From: Eledone cirrhosa
Taxonomy: Eukaryota
Direction of reading: 5' to 3'
Assembly (NCBI GenBank): GCA_964016885.1
Contig: OZ024743.1
Coordinates: 248,930,001-248,994,000, forward strand
DNA length: 64,000 nucleotides
In this document: piece by piece, positions 13,701 to 28,700 of the stretch
How positions within the stretch are numbered: the first letter of the stretch is position 1
Layout of the letters: each line of letters starts with the position of its first letter
Notes under the pieces: model-generated
The model's input: only the letters and a program-made list of their open reading frames with translations
Database searches by the model: none
What the model was told of the DNA's origin: nothing
Position numbers and translations under genes: made by a program

Positions 13701-15910
13701 TGAATATCAGATTTTCATTTTGTAAATGAAGCAAAATTAATTTATATTTGCCCTTAAAATGTATTATAGGCATAACTGTATGGTTAAGAAGCTTGCTTTA
13801 CAACCACATGATTTTGAGTCCAATTCCACTGCTTTACTCCTTGAATGAGTGTCTTCTACTATAGCCTTGGACTAACTAATGCCTTGCTAGTGAATTTACT
13901 AGATGGAAACTGAGGAGGCCTGCAATGCGTATGTGGGTGCCTGTCTGTCTACCTGTCTCTATATTGACACAGTTTAAAGCAAGTGGTGATATTTACTTCT
14001 GTTCTGAAGCTCAGCAGTTTGATAAAGAGGTATATATTATATTTAGAAATGAAGAATAGTTTGGCATCAGGAAGGGCAGCTAGCGACAGAAAAACCCTTA
14101 AAAAAATGACAATCAACCTATGCTCGTATGGAAAAGTGGACATAAAAATGTTGAGAATGATGATGATATGAATAACCTAAATCTCAAACAATTTTCTTTA
14201 TTTTTCAGACTTATGTGTTGCATCAGCTTCATAAAAGTCTCTTTGGAGCTCTCACACTTTGCATGGCATCTGATGATGCTGAAATTAACAAATGTACACG
14301 AAATCTGAAAGAGCTGCAGTGTCATCATTTAGACATCCGGGAATCATTCATGTAAGATTCTTGTTTTCTAGAAATTTTGTCTTTGATTGGCTTTAAATGC
14401 AGAAGATATGCTGATGCTTGAGAGTAACGAAGCAAGCATGCTCAGTTGGATGTGTAATGTTAGTGTGCATGAATGGTGTGGTGTGGATGAACTGAGATAA
14501 AAACATAAGAGGAATCGGGTGTAATGTGCAAGAGAGAAGACTGCACTGGTATGAACATGTTATGTGTATGAATATTTGTGTGAAGGAAGATGTGATTGAG
14601 GTATTGATCATGATCACTGGGTAAAGGAATATTAAGTGATGCCAGTGGAAGGAAGACTGAAGAAAATGAGGGCAGAGGTGAGGAGAGTAGATTTCAGAAT
14701 GCTGAACCTCACAGTTGTGAGAAATGTAACAAATGGTGACAGACTATATTGAAGTAGACATAAAATGATGTTAAGATAAAAAAAATTTAAATATGTATTA
14801 GAATTTTATCTATATTTAAACGGGTTAAAATTAGGTTATGGCAGTTCCTTATGTCACTGAGCTTATGTCCTATGTGATTTGAAATATTGTGTTTAAGTAT
14901 GCTGTCTATTTATTATTTCTGGCTTAAAAAATTGGCTTTTTGTGTGTTATAATTTATTTCATTATTGTTGTTCTGGAGGAAGCAGATGACAGTTGTAGAG
15001 CACTGGTAAAAGGCCATGTATTTAGTTAAGCTTTCACTTCACCTATCCCACTGTAGTTAGCTATTCTTTTCATCCCCTAGAAGGCTATAAAATAAATACC
15101 TGTCACATACTGAGATCAATTTAATTGACTACACCCTCCCCACAAAATGTTCATCCCTGTCCCAAATTAAACTGGTTGGTATTAGGAAGGACTTCCAGCC
15201 ATAGAAACCTCATAAAAGCCGGAGCATACAAGCTAGACATAGTCACCAGACTACTCTAGACTCAGCACGTGACAACCCATCTATGCAAGCATGGAAAATA
15301 AACATTAAACGATGATGATGAATTAAACCTGGAATAAAAGAAAGATTATAAATGTAGAAACTTGACAAAAATCACAGCAATACCTTACTAATGTAAAACA
15401 ATCATATTTGTACAGAAATTTGTGTAAATAAAATTAGAATGGGTACAACAGTTTCAATAAGTGTACTAATTGTTCAATCAATGGAATAGCCTGCTCATGA
15501 AATTAACATGTAAGCAGCTGAGTATTCCACAGACTTGTGGACCCTTAACGTAATTCTAAGGGAGATTCAGCATGATACTGTATGACATGGCAAGCTCTTT
15601 GAATTACAGGTACAGTCCATCTGACTGGCTTCCAAACAGATTCTGTCTACCCAATTTCATTCATGCAGCATGACACCTGCCTGAGATGCCACACAGAAGG
15701 TTGAATCTGGAGCTTAATGATTGAGAGGCAAATTTCATGCTGCATCCAGAAATAGCATAAATAAACAGTGTGTGACAGAATAGAATACTAGTCAACCATC
15801 ATCAGTACTGGAATACCAGGCCAACAGTTTCAAGTGTTAAGCCTTTTAATACCAATCTAGCTAAAACCTGCTCTAGATCTATGAAACAATATCACCCATT
15901 TTAAAGGGTT

Positions 15911-15943
<33 letters not shown>

Positions 15944-18900
15944 CAATACAATTTGATATAAGAAACTTTTGTTGCATAATGTTACAAATACTAGCCCAAT
16001 AATAGAATAATTAATAATTTCAGTAAATTCCTTCAAATTCTTCATTAATCAGTTGAAATACATTGTCATTAGAAATATGGTAATGAAAGTGTTAAAGTAA
16101 CTTATATATATAAGGTTGAACAGGGATGTCCTAAACAATTATTTTCATGTTAATATTGATTTCATTCTTGTTTTGTTAAACTATTCATTTCTGTTGAAAT
16201 CATAGAAATTTATTTATATATTTTTAAAACTTCCTCTGATTTTAGTAATAATATTCCCATTGCAAGGAAGGAAATGGCCCGTCTCAATAGATACAGCACA
16301 CCTATGGGAAAACTCTATTGTATTCAGCGATTAATAGCATTTCTAATGCGTCCTCCGAAATCTCCTGCATCTACTCCTGAAGGTATTTCTTAATTTTGTT
16401 TAAAATCATGAAGCTTTAAATTCTTTTTTTTTTCTATCTCACAAAATGAGAGAAATAGTATCATATGCTGAATAGGAGGTACTCTGTGATCTCTTGATCT
16501 GCTAGAAATGTCAGCTAAATATCCATCAAATCATATCCTGCTTTCATAATTCTTTTGATACCAATCCATCCCAAACCAACTCTGGTTCAAAGAAACAAAA
16601 CCACTTATTTTATAAGGATCCTATTTAAATTAAAATTTTACAACATAATTTGATACAAGACCCTTTTGTAATATGAATACCATATTAAACCTTTCAGACC
16701 TGGGCCTCTATGTCTAACTTTACCCTCCACCTGGGCTCCTGATCAAAAAGATATATAGTTGCATATATAGCTCAAGAGTAATGATTGCAGTCAAACTAAT
16801 GGATAGAATCGACGCAAGGTGCAGTAAATGTGTCTACCTGCCCAGTATCTAGATTTACATAATCTCCACCACCCTATCAGTATCAGCTGTGCAAAGGCCA
16901 GACCAAATTTATTCATCTGAATCACTACTTTCCCCTCACCACTTTCATTAGTTTCATTGTCTGAATCACTCTTGCTATCTGCGTATGGGTAAACTTGTTG
17001 AAGTCTTTCTCACCTTTGTCCATAGAATTTGTTAACTGTAAAGAGTCTAGACCTTGTTCATTTACCAGACGAAATTCTGGGTTCATCACATGCTTGTTTC
17101 ATCACCAAAAAAATATTTTTTTCCGATTAAAAACAAAAGTAAGCAACAGCTATAGGGAACACCATTAACAATGAATTATAAACACATGTAACTACAAAGC
17201 TACAATGTGATCTGTTGTCTATTTTTAATATTTTATCTTTTTCTGTGTTGTTCATTACTGCTATAGCAGGAATATGGTGCAACAGGGTTAATGAAATAAT
17301 TGACAATTTTAATAAAGCCCCACCCCAAATTCTCCATTGATTAATTGTAATATAATGAATGTCATTAGAAGTATGATAATGAAAGGGTTAAAATGGGAAA
17401 AATACATATGCAACCTGGTAAATGTAGTCTTTGATGCACTATACTTTACCTTTGATCATAGGTTTGTTCAGTCAGGACTAACACGGGACTAAAAAAAAAT
17501 GACAGTCCCATGATTAAAATCTTTGTTTTTAACCTTATTGCTTCAGCTGTAAATCTGAGCACTGCTGCCTGCAACCCAGAGGAACAGATGACCAAATACT
17601 AGACATTGATGGTTCAATTTCATTTTGTGCTAGTTAGCATTAAAACCTCTGGTGGAGTTGGTTCCTAAACTGTTCTTTCACCAAATCGGGATGAGGGCAT
17701 TGCATTTCAGGAAGGAGCCCTATGAGGTGGAGTGGCTGATGCTATGGATATCACAAGTCATTCTCTGTGGTAATTCTTTCACCATATTGTCTGTGGAGCA
17801 CAGCTGAGATATTCTGTACAATTGAAGCTGTAGAGATTGCCCTCCTCCCATATTTTCTTGTCTTTTGTCCCTGTTGATGACATAATGATTGCCTTATTGT
17901 TGGTGTCATGATAAAATGCACCCAAGTACACTGCTAAATGTTAGTGTTGGTGCCACATTAAGGTACACCTGATACTTTCTGTAAAATGGTTATGCTGGTG
18001 CCCCAATAAAAGGCACCTAGTACACTCTGTAAAATGGTTGGCATCTAGCCATACAAATCTTGTCAAAAATGGAACATATGACCATATGAATAAGTCAGTC
18101 CTTTATCCTGCCTAGTCACAAACTGTGACAGCCCTTTCAACTCATGCTGACATGGAAAACTGATGTTTCAGATTTCTAAATAAAGGTTTTCTAATGTTAA
18201 CCATTTTTTATGTCAAACTTTTAAATCCCTTTGCTATGAGATCCTCATTGAAATACTTTTTAACTTTACTTTTGTTTTCCCTCTCTCTATAGGTGATAGT
18301 GAAGCTCTTTCAGATGTGATGACTTCCGATGACCTTTTACCATTACTCATTTTCATAATTGTTAAATCTGAAATTCCTAATTGGTATGTATGAGAATATT
18401 TTCCTCTGCTTGATACCATGAGAATATTTTCCTCTGCTTGATACCATGAGAATATTATCTTATGTTTAAATATATTTCAGGTGCTCCAACTTAGCCTATG
18501 TCCAACATTTCAATTTCTCCCGTGCATCAAACAAAGATGAATACAGGTTAGTTAAAACTATTTTTAACATTTTTACTTGTTAACCTTTTTGATACAAAAT
18601 AACAAAAAAACTGCCTGAAACTGTTCATGATTCTACAATACAAAGCTGTTATTTTAAAGTGTTTATATTTATTTAAAATTTTTCATCATACTTTTATAAA
18701 AAAAAACCTTTAAATTATGTTCCAAACACCAGCTTAATAATGAGAAATCCCTTGAAATTCTTTATTTTCAAAATCAATAGAAAATCATAGGCAGTGAATT
18801 TCATTAGAAATACGATAACAAAAGGGTTAATACAGGTACATCACTGATTTTCTAGCAATTGAAGATCTAACACTTCTTTAATCTGTACATAATTATGAGT

Positions 18901-21900
18901 GGACACTTGAATTTCCTACAGCTTACCAGACTAGTTAATTCATGTTGGGTTAGTGCACGGTGTTATATTCAATTAAAAAATTTGGACGTTCATATTTTTA
19001 CAGTTGATGGGTAGGGAGAGTAATTCTGGCTTCACATGTTTCTAGTGAATTATTGTCTAGTCTAGTAAAACAGATAATGTGACATGGGTTTTGAACCAAT
19101 GGTGCCTGAAAATCGGTGTTGTACTTGTAGTTTATTTTATGTTATCGAGTTGATGTATTGCTTTTATTTTATTAGTTTTATAGTATCTTTACTAGTAGAC
19201 AGATTATTGAAAATTTGCAGTAAACTACAGACTTTAACTTTTAATATGATGCAGTTATAGTGCTGTTCATAGTTTTCAAGAACATCTTGCTAATGTGGTT
19301 TCATGCAGTTCAAGACTTTGAGTTAACAATGAAATAGTTAATTATATTACTAAATCTTTTCAAATCCTTATTTTCAAAATTATTTAAAAATCATAGTTAT
19401 TTTTTTATTAGAAATATAGTAACCCAGTTTTGTCTTTGCTTTCTTTTTTAGTTATTATCTAGCTTCAATTGAAGCTGCATTACAACAGATACGAAGTGGC
19501 AAAGTAAAGATTATACCTTCTACTTCATCTAATATTCAGGTATTATTGTTTTCAGTATTTATAAAATGTTGGTAAAAATGATTCTATCTTGCTCTGTGAT
19601 GTACTGTATATACTTGTGTATGTGTCACACCTCTCTTGAAAATACAACAAAAAAATCAGAATAGACATAAAAAACTTCAATTCAAAATATACAGTACATT
19701 GTAAATCTATGTATAATAGAGGTGTAATTTATAAGTGTGTGTGTATGTGTATATATATATATCCATGCTAGCGTGGAAAAATGGATGTAAAATGATGATA
19801 TATATATATATAAAACGTTTATGTGTGTAACTACAGTTATAAGTGGTGCACTGTTCAAAGAACTGAATGTTGTTACGAGGTCCATCTCATGTTGGGTTGT
19901 ATTCCAGAGTTAAGGCAGCTGTACTATACAAAGTGTGAATAGAATAAGTAGAATCGAAGTCAATGTTGCAGCATATGTACAAACATTATTGGCATATTAC
20001 AATTGTTTTAATTTCAATCAGCTCAGAGTACAATCAAAGTGACAGAGCCTGAATCTTCATCTCATCAGATATGAGTTTCTATATGCAAAGATGCATGCGC
20101 ACACACTGTGTATCACCATATCCCTGCATGTTGTAAGATGGGACTAAAAGTGTTTGGAAAAATGATGGAAAAATGTGTTTAAATCATACCATTCCCATGA
20201 AAAATCAGAATGTGATTCGTCTACTGGGCCTACAAAACCTCAGTTCAAAATATATGATGCATTGTATGATAAATGTATGTAAATGGAGGTGTGTGTGACT
20301 TGTCTATTGATGCAACTTTACTCAAATATATATAATATATTTGGTACTGAGTAAAACTACAGGATAATTATATATCTTTTTAGTGGTTTGACTCTTCAGT
20401 GGATGTTGTTATTGATGACACTACAGATGCTGTACCCTCTCCAATATTTGAAAGTAACAAAACTCCAGAACTCAGTCCTACAGATATATTTTTCCAGGTA
20501 AGTATAAAGCGAGTTAAATCCAGAGACCATAATACTTTGTATTTTATCTTTATAGCAATAATTTTGTTTACTTTACAGTGATGACAAACATAGTAGTAGC
20601 TGTATAGTTAACAAACTTTGTTTGCAGCCATGTGGTCTAGGGTTCTATCCCACTGTGGGCACTTTGACAACATGTCTTCTATTATAGCTTTAAGCCAACC
20701 ATTGTTTTGTGAGTAAATTTCATAGATGAAAATGCTATGAAGCCTGTTGTATGTGTGTGCATGCATGCCAGTCACCACAAATGTCATATCAACACTGCTT
20801 GTGGTGGCAGTTTATGTTATCCAGCAGCATAGTGATATTTGCTCCAACAACATGTACCATACATATGGTATGAAATGGTATCAGGAAGGGCATCCGACTA
20901 CAGAAAATCTGGGAGCATGGAAAAACTGACATAAAAACGATAATAAAATTCCTCATTAGAATTTTCTAAATATAAGTAATAAAAAAAAATGTTATCTTCA
21001 ATTTTTCAGCATATAGAAGCTGGAGATGAAGATGCTGTGAAAGTTTTTCTAAATCGCCAGAACGAAATGGCTGACCAAGCCCGTCGCAAACTGTGTCACC
21101 CTTTATGTTCATGTGATAAATGTGAAACTCTGATGAGAGAGACTCGCCGTGACTCTAGTTTAGTCACTCCATCTACTCGAGATGACAGAGGTTATACAGG
21201 TAACGACTTGCTAATATATCAAGCATGTATACACTTTAATGCTTCTTGTTTCAGGAAAGCTGGCTCATATTTTCAGGTATATTATCAAGGTTTACATTTA
21301 AACATTCTGTATATTCAAATTGTCAGAGAGGGTGCTATTTTAGTTATTGTTTTTAAAATTAGTTAGTTTGGAGTAGCTATAATAATAATGAAATTATCGT
21401 GTACAGTACTCAGGTGCACTACAACTCATCAAAGGTGCATGTATAATACATAGAATAATGTACAAATGTCGGGAAAGTGAACAGTGTATGAGTCATGATA
21501 TACATGTGTGCGTGTGTATGGAGGGAGGGGGGGTATCGGGTGTAATGTCAGCAAATTTTAGGAAGCATGGAAGTTTTAAAGGATGCAGTGTCTCAGCAGC
21601 TAAAAACTGATGCAACTGGGTTGTTGTTGGCAAGATGGGTGTTTACCAAGTCATTGCCCGACGTCGGAGCTTCAATGTATCCATGCCCAAGGAATAATTT
21701 TGGTTTTAAATCTAAGATCTAGAAATTAAAATTGGAATTTCTTAGTAATGCAAAATACTTTTTTATTAAGAGTGCCTATGTACTCACTAAACTCTGTAAA
21801 GTTGTCATTCAAACCATAACAGCATATGATAGAGAAGACTTTTTAGTCACACCAAGGACTTGACAACCTTATGACGGCTATAAATGAATATATAGTCTTT

Positions 21901-22699
21901 ATTACATTAAAATGTCATCGATAGCTGCTAAAATACTGACTCTCTCACTGTTTTGTTGTTTAGCTCTCCATGTTGCTGCTGCTGCTGGCCATGCTGAGTT
22001 GATTGACATTTTGGTATACCACGGCGCCTCAGTTGATGCAACAGACTACATGGGATTAACTCCTATGCATCTTGCTTGTCGAAAAGGATTCCAGAGTGTA
22101 GCTGTATGTTTCTTTCTTCCTCTCAATTTTCTTTTTGTTGTCTAATGAATAAATACCATATTTTTCAAGATAAAACGCACACCAATGTGTAAAACACTTA
22201 AGATTTTTTTTAAAGAAAAATTAAACTTGACATTAAATTGTATTGTACCAGACTCAAAAGAACTAAAAAAAAAAATTATTTTGCATCACATAGAGCAATG
22301 ATTACCGTCATCATCATTTTACATTTGTGTTCCATGCTGGCATGGGTTGGACAGGTCATCACATTCTGTGATTAAACATCACATGGCCACATTTTGCTCA
22401 TTCATTCCAGTTTGACTTGATTTCTACAGCTAGAAGCACTTTCTAACACTAACCACTTTACACTATGTACTGGATGCATTTTATTGTGGCATCAGCACTG
22501 TCATGTCAGATCAGAGTGGGCTAGGTGCATTCTTTTTGAGGCACCAGCTCTCCCATGTGAGAGTGGGCTGGGTGCATTTTATTATGCCACCTGCTCTCCA
22601 TCACTGTGTGGGCTGTCTGCATTTTATTGCAGCGCTAGCACTGTCACTTTACTGAGTGGGTTTGTTGCATTTTATCTTGCTAGCAAAGGTTAGACAACA

Positions 22700-22739
<40 letters not shown>

Positions 22740-25700
22740 TCCCTCACCTCCTTGACAGAAAATGCATTTTAGAACATTTAAAACATTTTTTAAATCCACC
22801 CACTTTTATGCTATTTGTGGGACAGATAGAGATAAAATTCAATAGAATCATTATTATAGACATACTGCTTGAAAGAGTTTTTAAAGAGATTTTTCTATTT
22901 GTGATATTTCTTTGCAGTTACTTTTGGTTCATTTTGGGTGTAACTTGCATTTAACAGATAATGATGGCAACACACCTTTGCATTCTTGTGCTGCCAATGG
23001 ACATGAGGAAGTAAGTTGAACTATTTTTACCTATTAACATTCTGTAATGATTTTGTAGAAAATATAAAAAGCTGGTCTGTTAATTTAAATGTTTATAGTA
23101 GACAGTTTGTTGTGAAAATGCACAGTATTAGTGATGTCTTTCAATTTTAATGTGATACATAGTGCTGCTTTGTATTTTTCAGTGTCTTGCTAATGTGGAT
23201 TCATGTCACATTTTTCCATGTTTGCATGCATTGGACGAGATCTTATTCTAGCAGGTTTTCTATGGCTAGATTCTCTTCCTGTCAGCAACTCGGGCTATGG
23301 ATTGGCAGTGTTTTTAGAATACCTCTTGAAATTCTTTGTATTTTTTCTAGCTCTCTAACACTTCTGAGTTGAAATCTTCCATTTCATCCACAAAACCTAC
23401 CATAACCCTTTTGATACCAAACTGTCTGAAACTGTTTTAAAGTGTTTATATTTATCTAAAATAATTCTACAAGAACTATTGTATTCCAAACACCAGCTTA
23501 ATGAGAAAGTTAGTTATATTACTAAATTCCTTTAAATTCCTATTTTCAAAATAAATTGAAAATCATAGGTAGTAGTTTTGATTAAAAATATGGATACAAT
23601 TTTTGATATGCTGTATAACCTACTTATCTTTGGTGCTAATAACTTTAATGGTTTCGTTATTCTCTTATCCAGTGTGTGAAAGCTCTTGTTTTCAGTGACT
23701 GTGGGAATGGTAAATTGAATATTGATGCTATAAATGATGCTGGGGATACTGCATTGCATTTAGCTGCCAAATGGGGATATGGTAAGCACATATTTTTATA
23801 AGCTTTGTAATAATCATTAACATCACCATCGTTTCACCACTCATTTTTCGTCACAATTTTACAAGTATTTTCCATGGCTTAGATAGGTTGTCATGTTTCT
23901 GAGATTCGACAGGTCAAATAATCATGCTTTGTTCATATGTTCCATTTCGGCTTGGGATTTATGACTAAATGGCCTTATTAATGCCAACCACTTTACATAA
24001 TGTACTGAGTGCATTCTATCATGTAACCAGCACTATGCCTTTACAAGCTAGACTGGGTATTTTTTTTTTTCATGGTATCAGCACTACCACTTTACAGAGT
24101 ATACTGGGTATTTTATATTGTGGCACTAGCACTACCACTTCACATTACTAGGGCACTCATTGTGTATCGAATGTGTTTGTTATATAGCATATTACTCATC
24201 ATTTAAAAAATTGAAAAACATTTTTTTGTTATAGTATCTTCTCAGTATAATTGTTTTATATCCATTTTTTTTTTTTTCATGCTGGCATGGATTGGACAAG
24301 ACTTTTTGAAGCAGTGTTTCTATAGCTGGATACCTTTCATTATGTATAACAATTGGCAGTATCGGTAGAGGGTCGGACGCCATGCGTTCCAGCATAGTTA
24401 TGTCCCTTTACGATCTGGGTTCAAATCCCGTCGAGGTTAACTTTGCCTTTCATCCTTACGGGGTCGATAAAATAAAGTACCAGTAATGCACTGGGTAATT
24501 GCTGGCCTTGTGCAAAATGTAGAAACAATTATGTATAACAATTGTGTTTTTGTGCTGTTAAGACTAGACTGTCATATCTTCATTAGATTTTCTTACTGTT
24601 TCTAATATTTAGAAGATATACTTAATGTCTTTAATTTTGGAAGATAGTCTTAGTCTCTAATATTGGAAAGATAGTCTTAAAGTCTCTAATATTTTGTTGT
24701 GCTTATACTTTTTAGAGAACATTGTGGAAACTCTTTTAGAAAATAATGCTCGCACAGACATTCGTAACCGGAAAAAACAATTGCCAATGAATTGTGCACA
24801 CAATTCTCATATCCAACAATTATTGTTAAATACCCCTACAGATGAAATGAAACAGAGTTTTTATGCCAGTCGAGTAAGCAAAACTTGTAACTTTTTATGT
24901 AAATCTACTTTGTAACTAAACATCAATATCTATTTGCTAGTTAACAAGCACATTTTCTTTTCTTTTTTCATTTTTTTGTCTTTTCTTTCCTAAAAATATT
25001 CTCTCTTTACATGTTTCCCTCCCATTCCTTCCATACGAAGGACTAGCATCTAAAACATTAAATACATATTCTTTTCTCCTTTCAACTGATATACCAGTAT
25101 GACTGTTGTTGTAATGTGTTTTTCCTTGATTTAATTGACTTTTTATTGTATCATCATGTTTGTGTTCAGGGGATCAAAAAACTTCTGTAACAAAAAAATC
25201 AGTTACACATTGTAGTGTATTCAAATAATATAAGAAAGGCAAATTATCATTTAATTGGTGTTACTGACCTCTTAGGCAAGCCAAAGGCTGCATCTTGCTT
25301 ACATCCATTCCCATATTTTATGGAATGTGCTGGATGCATTTTATTGTGGCACTAGCACTAGGGAGGTTGTCTTGTCTTTGTCACAGTTGTTTAGCAAGTC
25401 TTCTATGATTGGAAGCCCTTCCTATTGTCCACCACTTTACAATGTGTACTGGGGACATTTTATTGTGTCACCAACATTAGAGAGGTTGTCATGCTCTTGA
25501 CATAACTGAAGAATCCATCTTATAGGGTGTACTGGGTGGATGTGTTTGATATAATATATGTGAAGTATCAATTGCTTATGTTTTCTAGTCTTTCAATTAT
25601 TATATAATGTTCATATTTATTTCCTTTACAGTATTCTCCAGAAAGTAAGACTGTGCCACTATACTCATCTTCTTTAGCTACATCCTCTGTTTCCACTTCA

Positions 25701-28700
25701 AACTTGTATGTTCAACAATCTCATTCTGCTGACAATTCTAAATATAAACAACAAGAGAAATTGTTCAAGGCTGTTAAAAATCATGATCTGCAGTTGGTAA
25801 GGCTTTTTTTCTTTTTACGTTTTAATATATATTTCATCATCATTTTATGTCGGCTTTCCACGTTGGCATAGATTGGACAGGCTCTCATAGTCTGAGACCA
25901 GACAGGTCAGATTGACCTTTTCTTGTTCGTGAATTCCATATTTGGCATGGTTTTTACGACTGAAGCCCTTCCTAATGCTGACCAACTTACAAGAGTGCAG
26001 GATTGCATCAGGAAGGGCTTCTTGACATAGAAAAACTACTTCAAAAAGTCTGGTCCAACCCATGCCAGCATTAGGTGGGTGTGAGGAACAGACATAAAAA
26101 CAATGATGATGAGGATGATTTATTATCTACAGAATATCTTAACTTTTTATGTTGTATATTATTACTGATAAAAGTTGCATTCCTATTTAGGTTCGATTCT
26201 ACCTCGGGTTGTCAAGTGATTCTGAAAATAAACTAAAGACACAGCAGAGTGTGGATTCTGCAATGGGTATTGAAAATCTCTGCCATCCACTTTGTCAGTG
26301 TGAAAAATGTGCTGTTTTACAACAGGTAAAGCCACATTTCTTTTAATGTGATAACTAGTCACTCTTTGATTTGTAGTTAAACATCAACTCAATCAAAGTT
26401 GTGTGCATGTGTGTTGAATAACATGCATGGAATATTTTTAACCCTTTTGATACCAAAATGCCTAAACCACCTCTGGTTCTATGATACTTAGCTGTTTATT
26501 TTGAAGTGTTTATATTTATTAAAAAAAAAAACTTTCTTAATCTTATTCAAGAACCTTTTATGTTCCATACACATGCTTAATAATGAGATGGATTGTTAGC
26601 TTTCTAAATTTCTCCAAATTCTTGATTATTTTCAAAATTATTTGAAAATCACAGGCAGTGTCTTTCACTAGAAACTTGGTAACAAAAGGGTTAAATTTCA
26701 TTTTAAACAGCACCACATTTAAAACGTTGTGACTAACTTTTACAACTAATGATATCTGGTTGAAAATTTGTCCTGAAAAAGATTCTTGTAATTAGCAACT
26801 ATTTGTCAGATATTTTACTGGGTTAATTATATTAAAAAAATACTTGATTGAATGAGAACATAGTTTTTCATGGGATATTGTTTTATTAGTTAAGCCAGGA
26901 ATCATAGTTGCCATTAGTTGATGGTATTCAAGGTTTAACTAGCTTCATACAAGGTAGGCACATTATATCTTTACCTTCTCAGGTTATCTGTGTAAAGACT
27001 TTTTCATTCTTATACCCTTACCACATGGTTCATTGGAAGCAGTCTGTGAATATTATTCCTTTAATGGCATAGTTATTTTGTGAGATTGGGTTAATATAGT
27101 ATAGTGGCTGAATTTGAGGTGGCTAGAAGTTTAGAAAACTGCTATTCCTATTGGCAACAAAGAGATTTCCTCAAAATAAGGTACTGCACATTGGGATGAT
27201 GCCTGAAACCATGTGGTTGTGAAGCAAACTTCTTAACCCCACAGCACATATTAGTGAAGAGGAAAGGTTAAAATAGGTAAAGGTTTTTTGCTGTGGGGGA
27301 GTATGGAGTCAAATGTCTTAGTAAATTTACTTGCTGCCAGCCCATACATATCCACTTTACCTTCCTTTCATTCTTCTCAAATGGACAAGTTTCAAAATGT
27401 TTGACACTATACACATCATCATCATCATCATCATCATAATCATCCTTTATACAGTTACCTTAATTTTCTTTATAAAATAAAAATAAAATTGCAACATTGA
27501 AGAAAAAATGCATAAATAGTAAATGAGTGAAAGCATTTGTAATACTTAGCAGACTGAGCATCACTTCTTCCTCTAGATTTAACAAGTAAAAAGAAATCTA
27601 ACAGTATTATAGTAAAATCTAGCAGCATATCTCCTTTTATTGTTTATTAATGCAATTCATTTCAAAGCAGCAATCTTCTCACTCTTCTTTTCTCTTAATC
27701 TTTTTCATTTTATCTCTTTTGTTTCTCTCATATGTAACCAATTTTACAATGTATGATACTTATTTTTTTATTTTTTTATCGAACCTAAGTTTGATATGTA
27801 GTACAACTACAATTCAGATACTAAAACTAATTATTTATCAAATATGACTACCTGTTCATTTATAACTACACAATATCAAATGTTTCAAATATTTCACTGT
27901 ATTTATTTCCTTTAGTTACAAAAAAGTTCCTTTTAAAAATGCTAATATATTCATCCACAGTTAGTAACTGATAACCTCAAAATCAGCATTTTACACCTGA
28001 CACGGGTTGAACAGATCGTTACAAGCCAAGTCAATAATACCAGGGTTAGTGTTTCCCTAAATGGATTGTAGAACCCTGTTTCCATCCATGTATTCCATTT
28101 TTAGCATGGTTTCTCTGACTGGAAGCCTTTCTTAATACCAACCACAGAATCTACTGGGTACATTTTATTGGGACATCAGCACTAGGAAGTTGTCAGGTCC
28201 TTCATGTGACTACAGAGTTCTCTCTACCCTATTGTTATCTCTTGAATGCCAACCACTTTACAGAGTGTACTGGGTGTATTTTATAGTTAAATCAGCTCAA
28301 GAGTTATGTTCATAGCATCACTGAAGAGGCCTCAGTCTCCAATGTTGCTGTTTAAATGTCATCCACTGTGTACTGGGTGTTTTATAGTAGAACCATCACT
28401 AGAAAGTAATTGCTATAAATAATTAAGGATTAAAACCTCATTACTCAGTATTGTATCCTCTATAGAAGAATTACACATCCATCTTCACTAAAATATTCCC
28501 AGTAGAATTTGTTTTTGATTATTTCTTGTTTTAAAATTTGTTTATGATTTTTTTTTAATTTTTGTTTGCAACTTATAGACCAGTGGTTCCCATCCTTTCC
28601 ACTAACAATAACTGTGATTTAAGTTACTTTTCCTATGTACCCCAACAATTTACAAATACATCTTCTACAATTATTCCTCCCTTAAAGCAATGTTTATATT

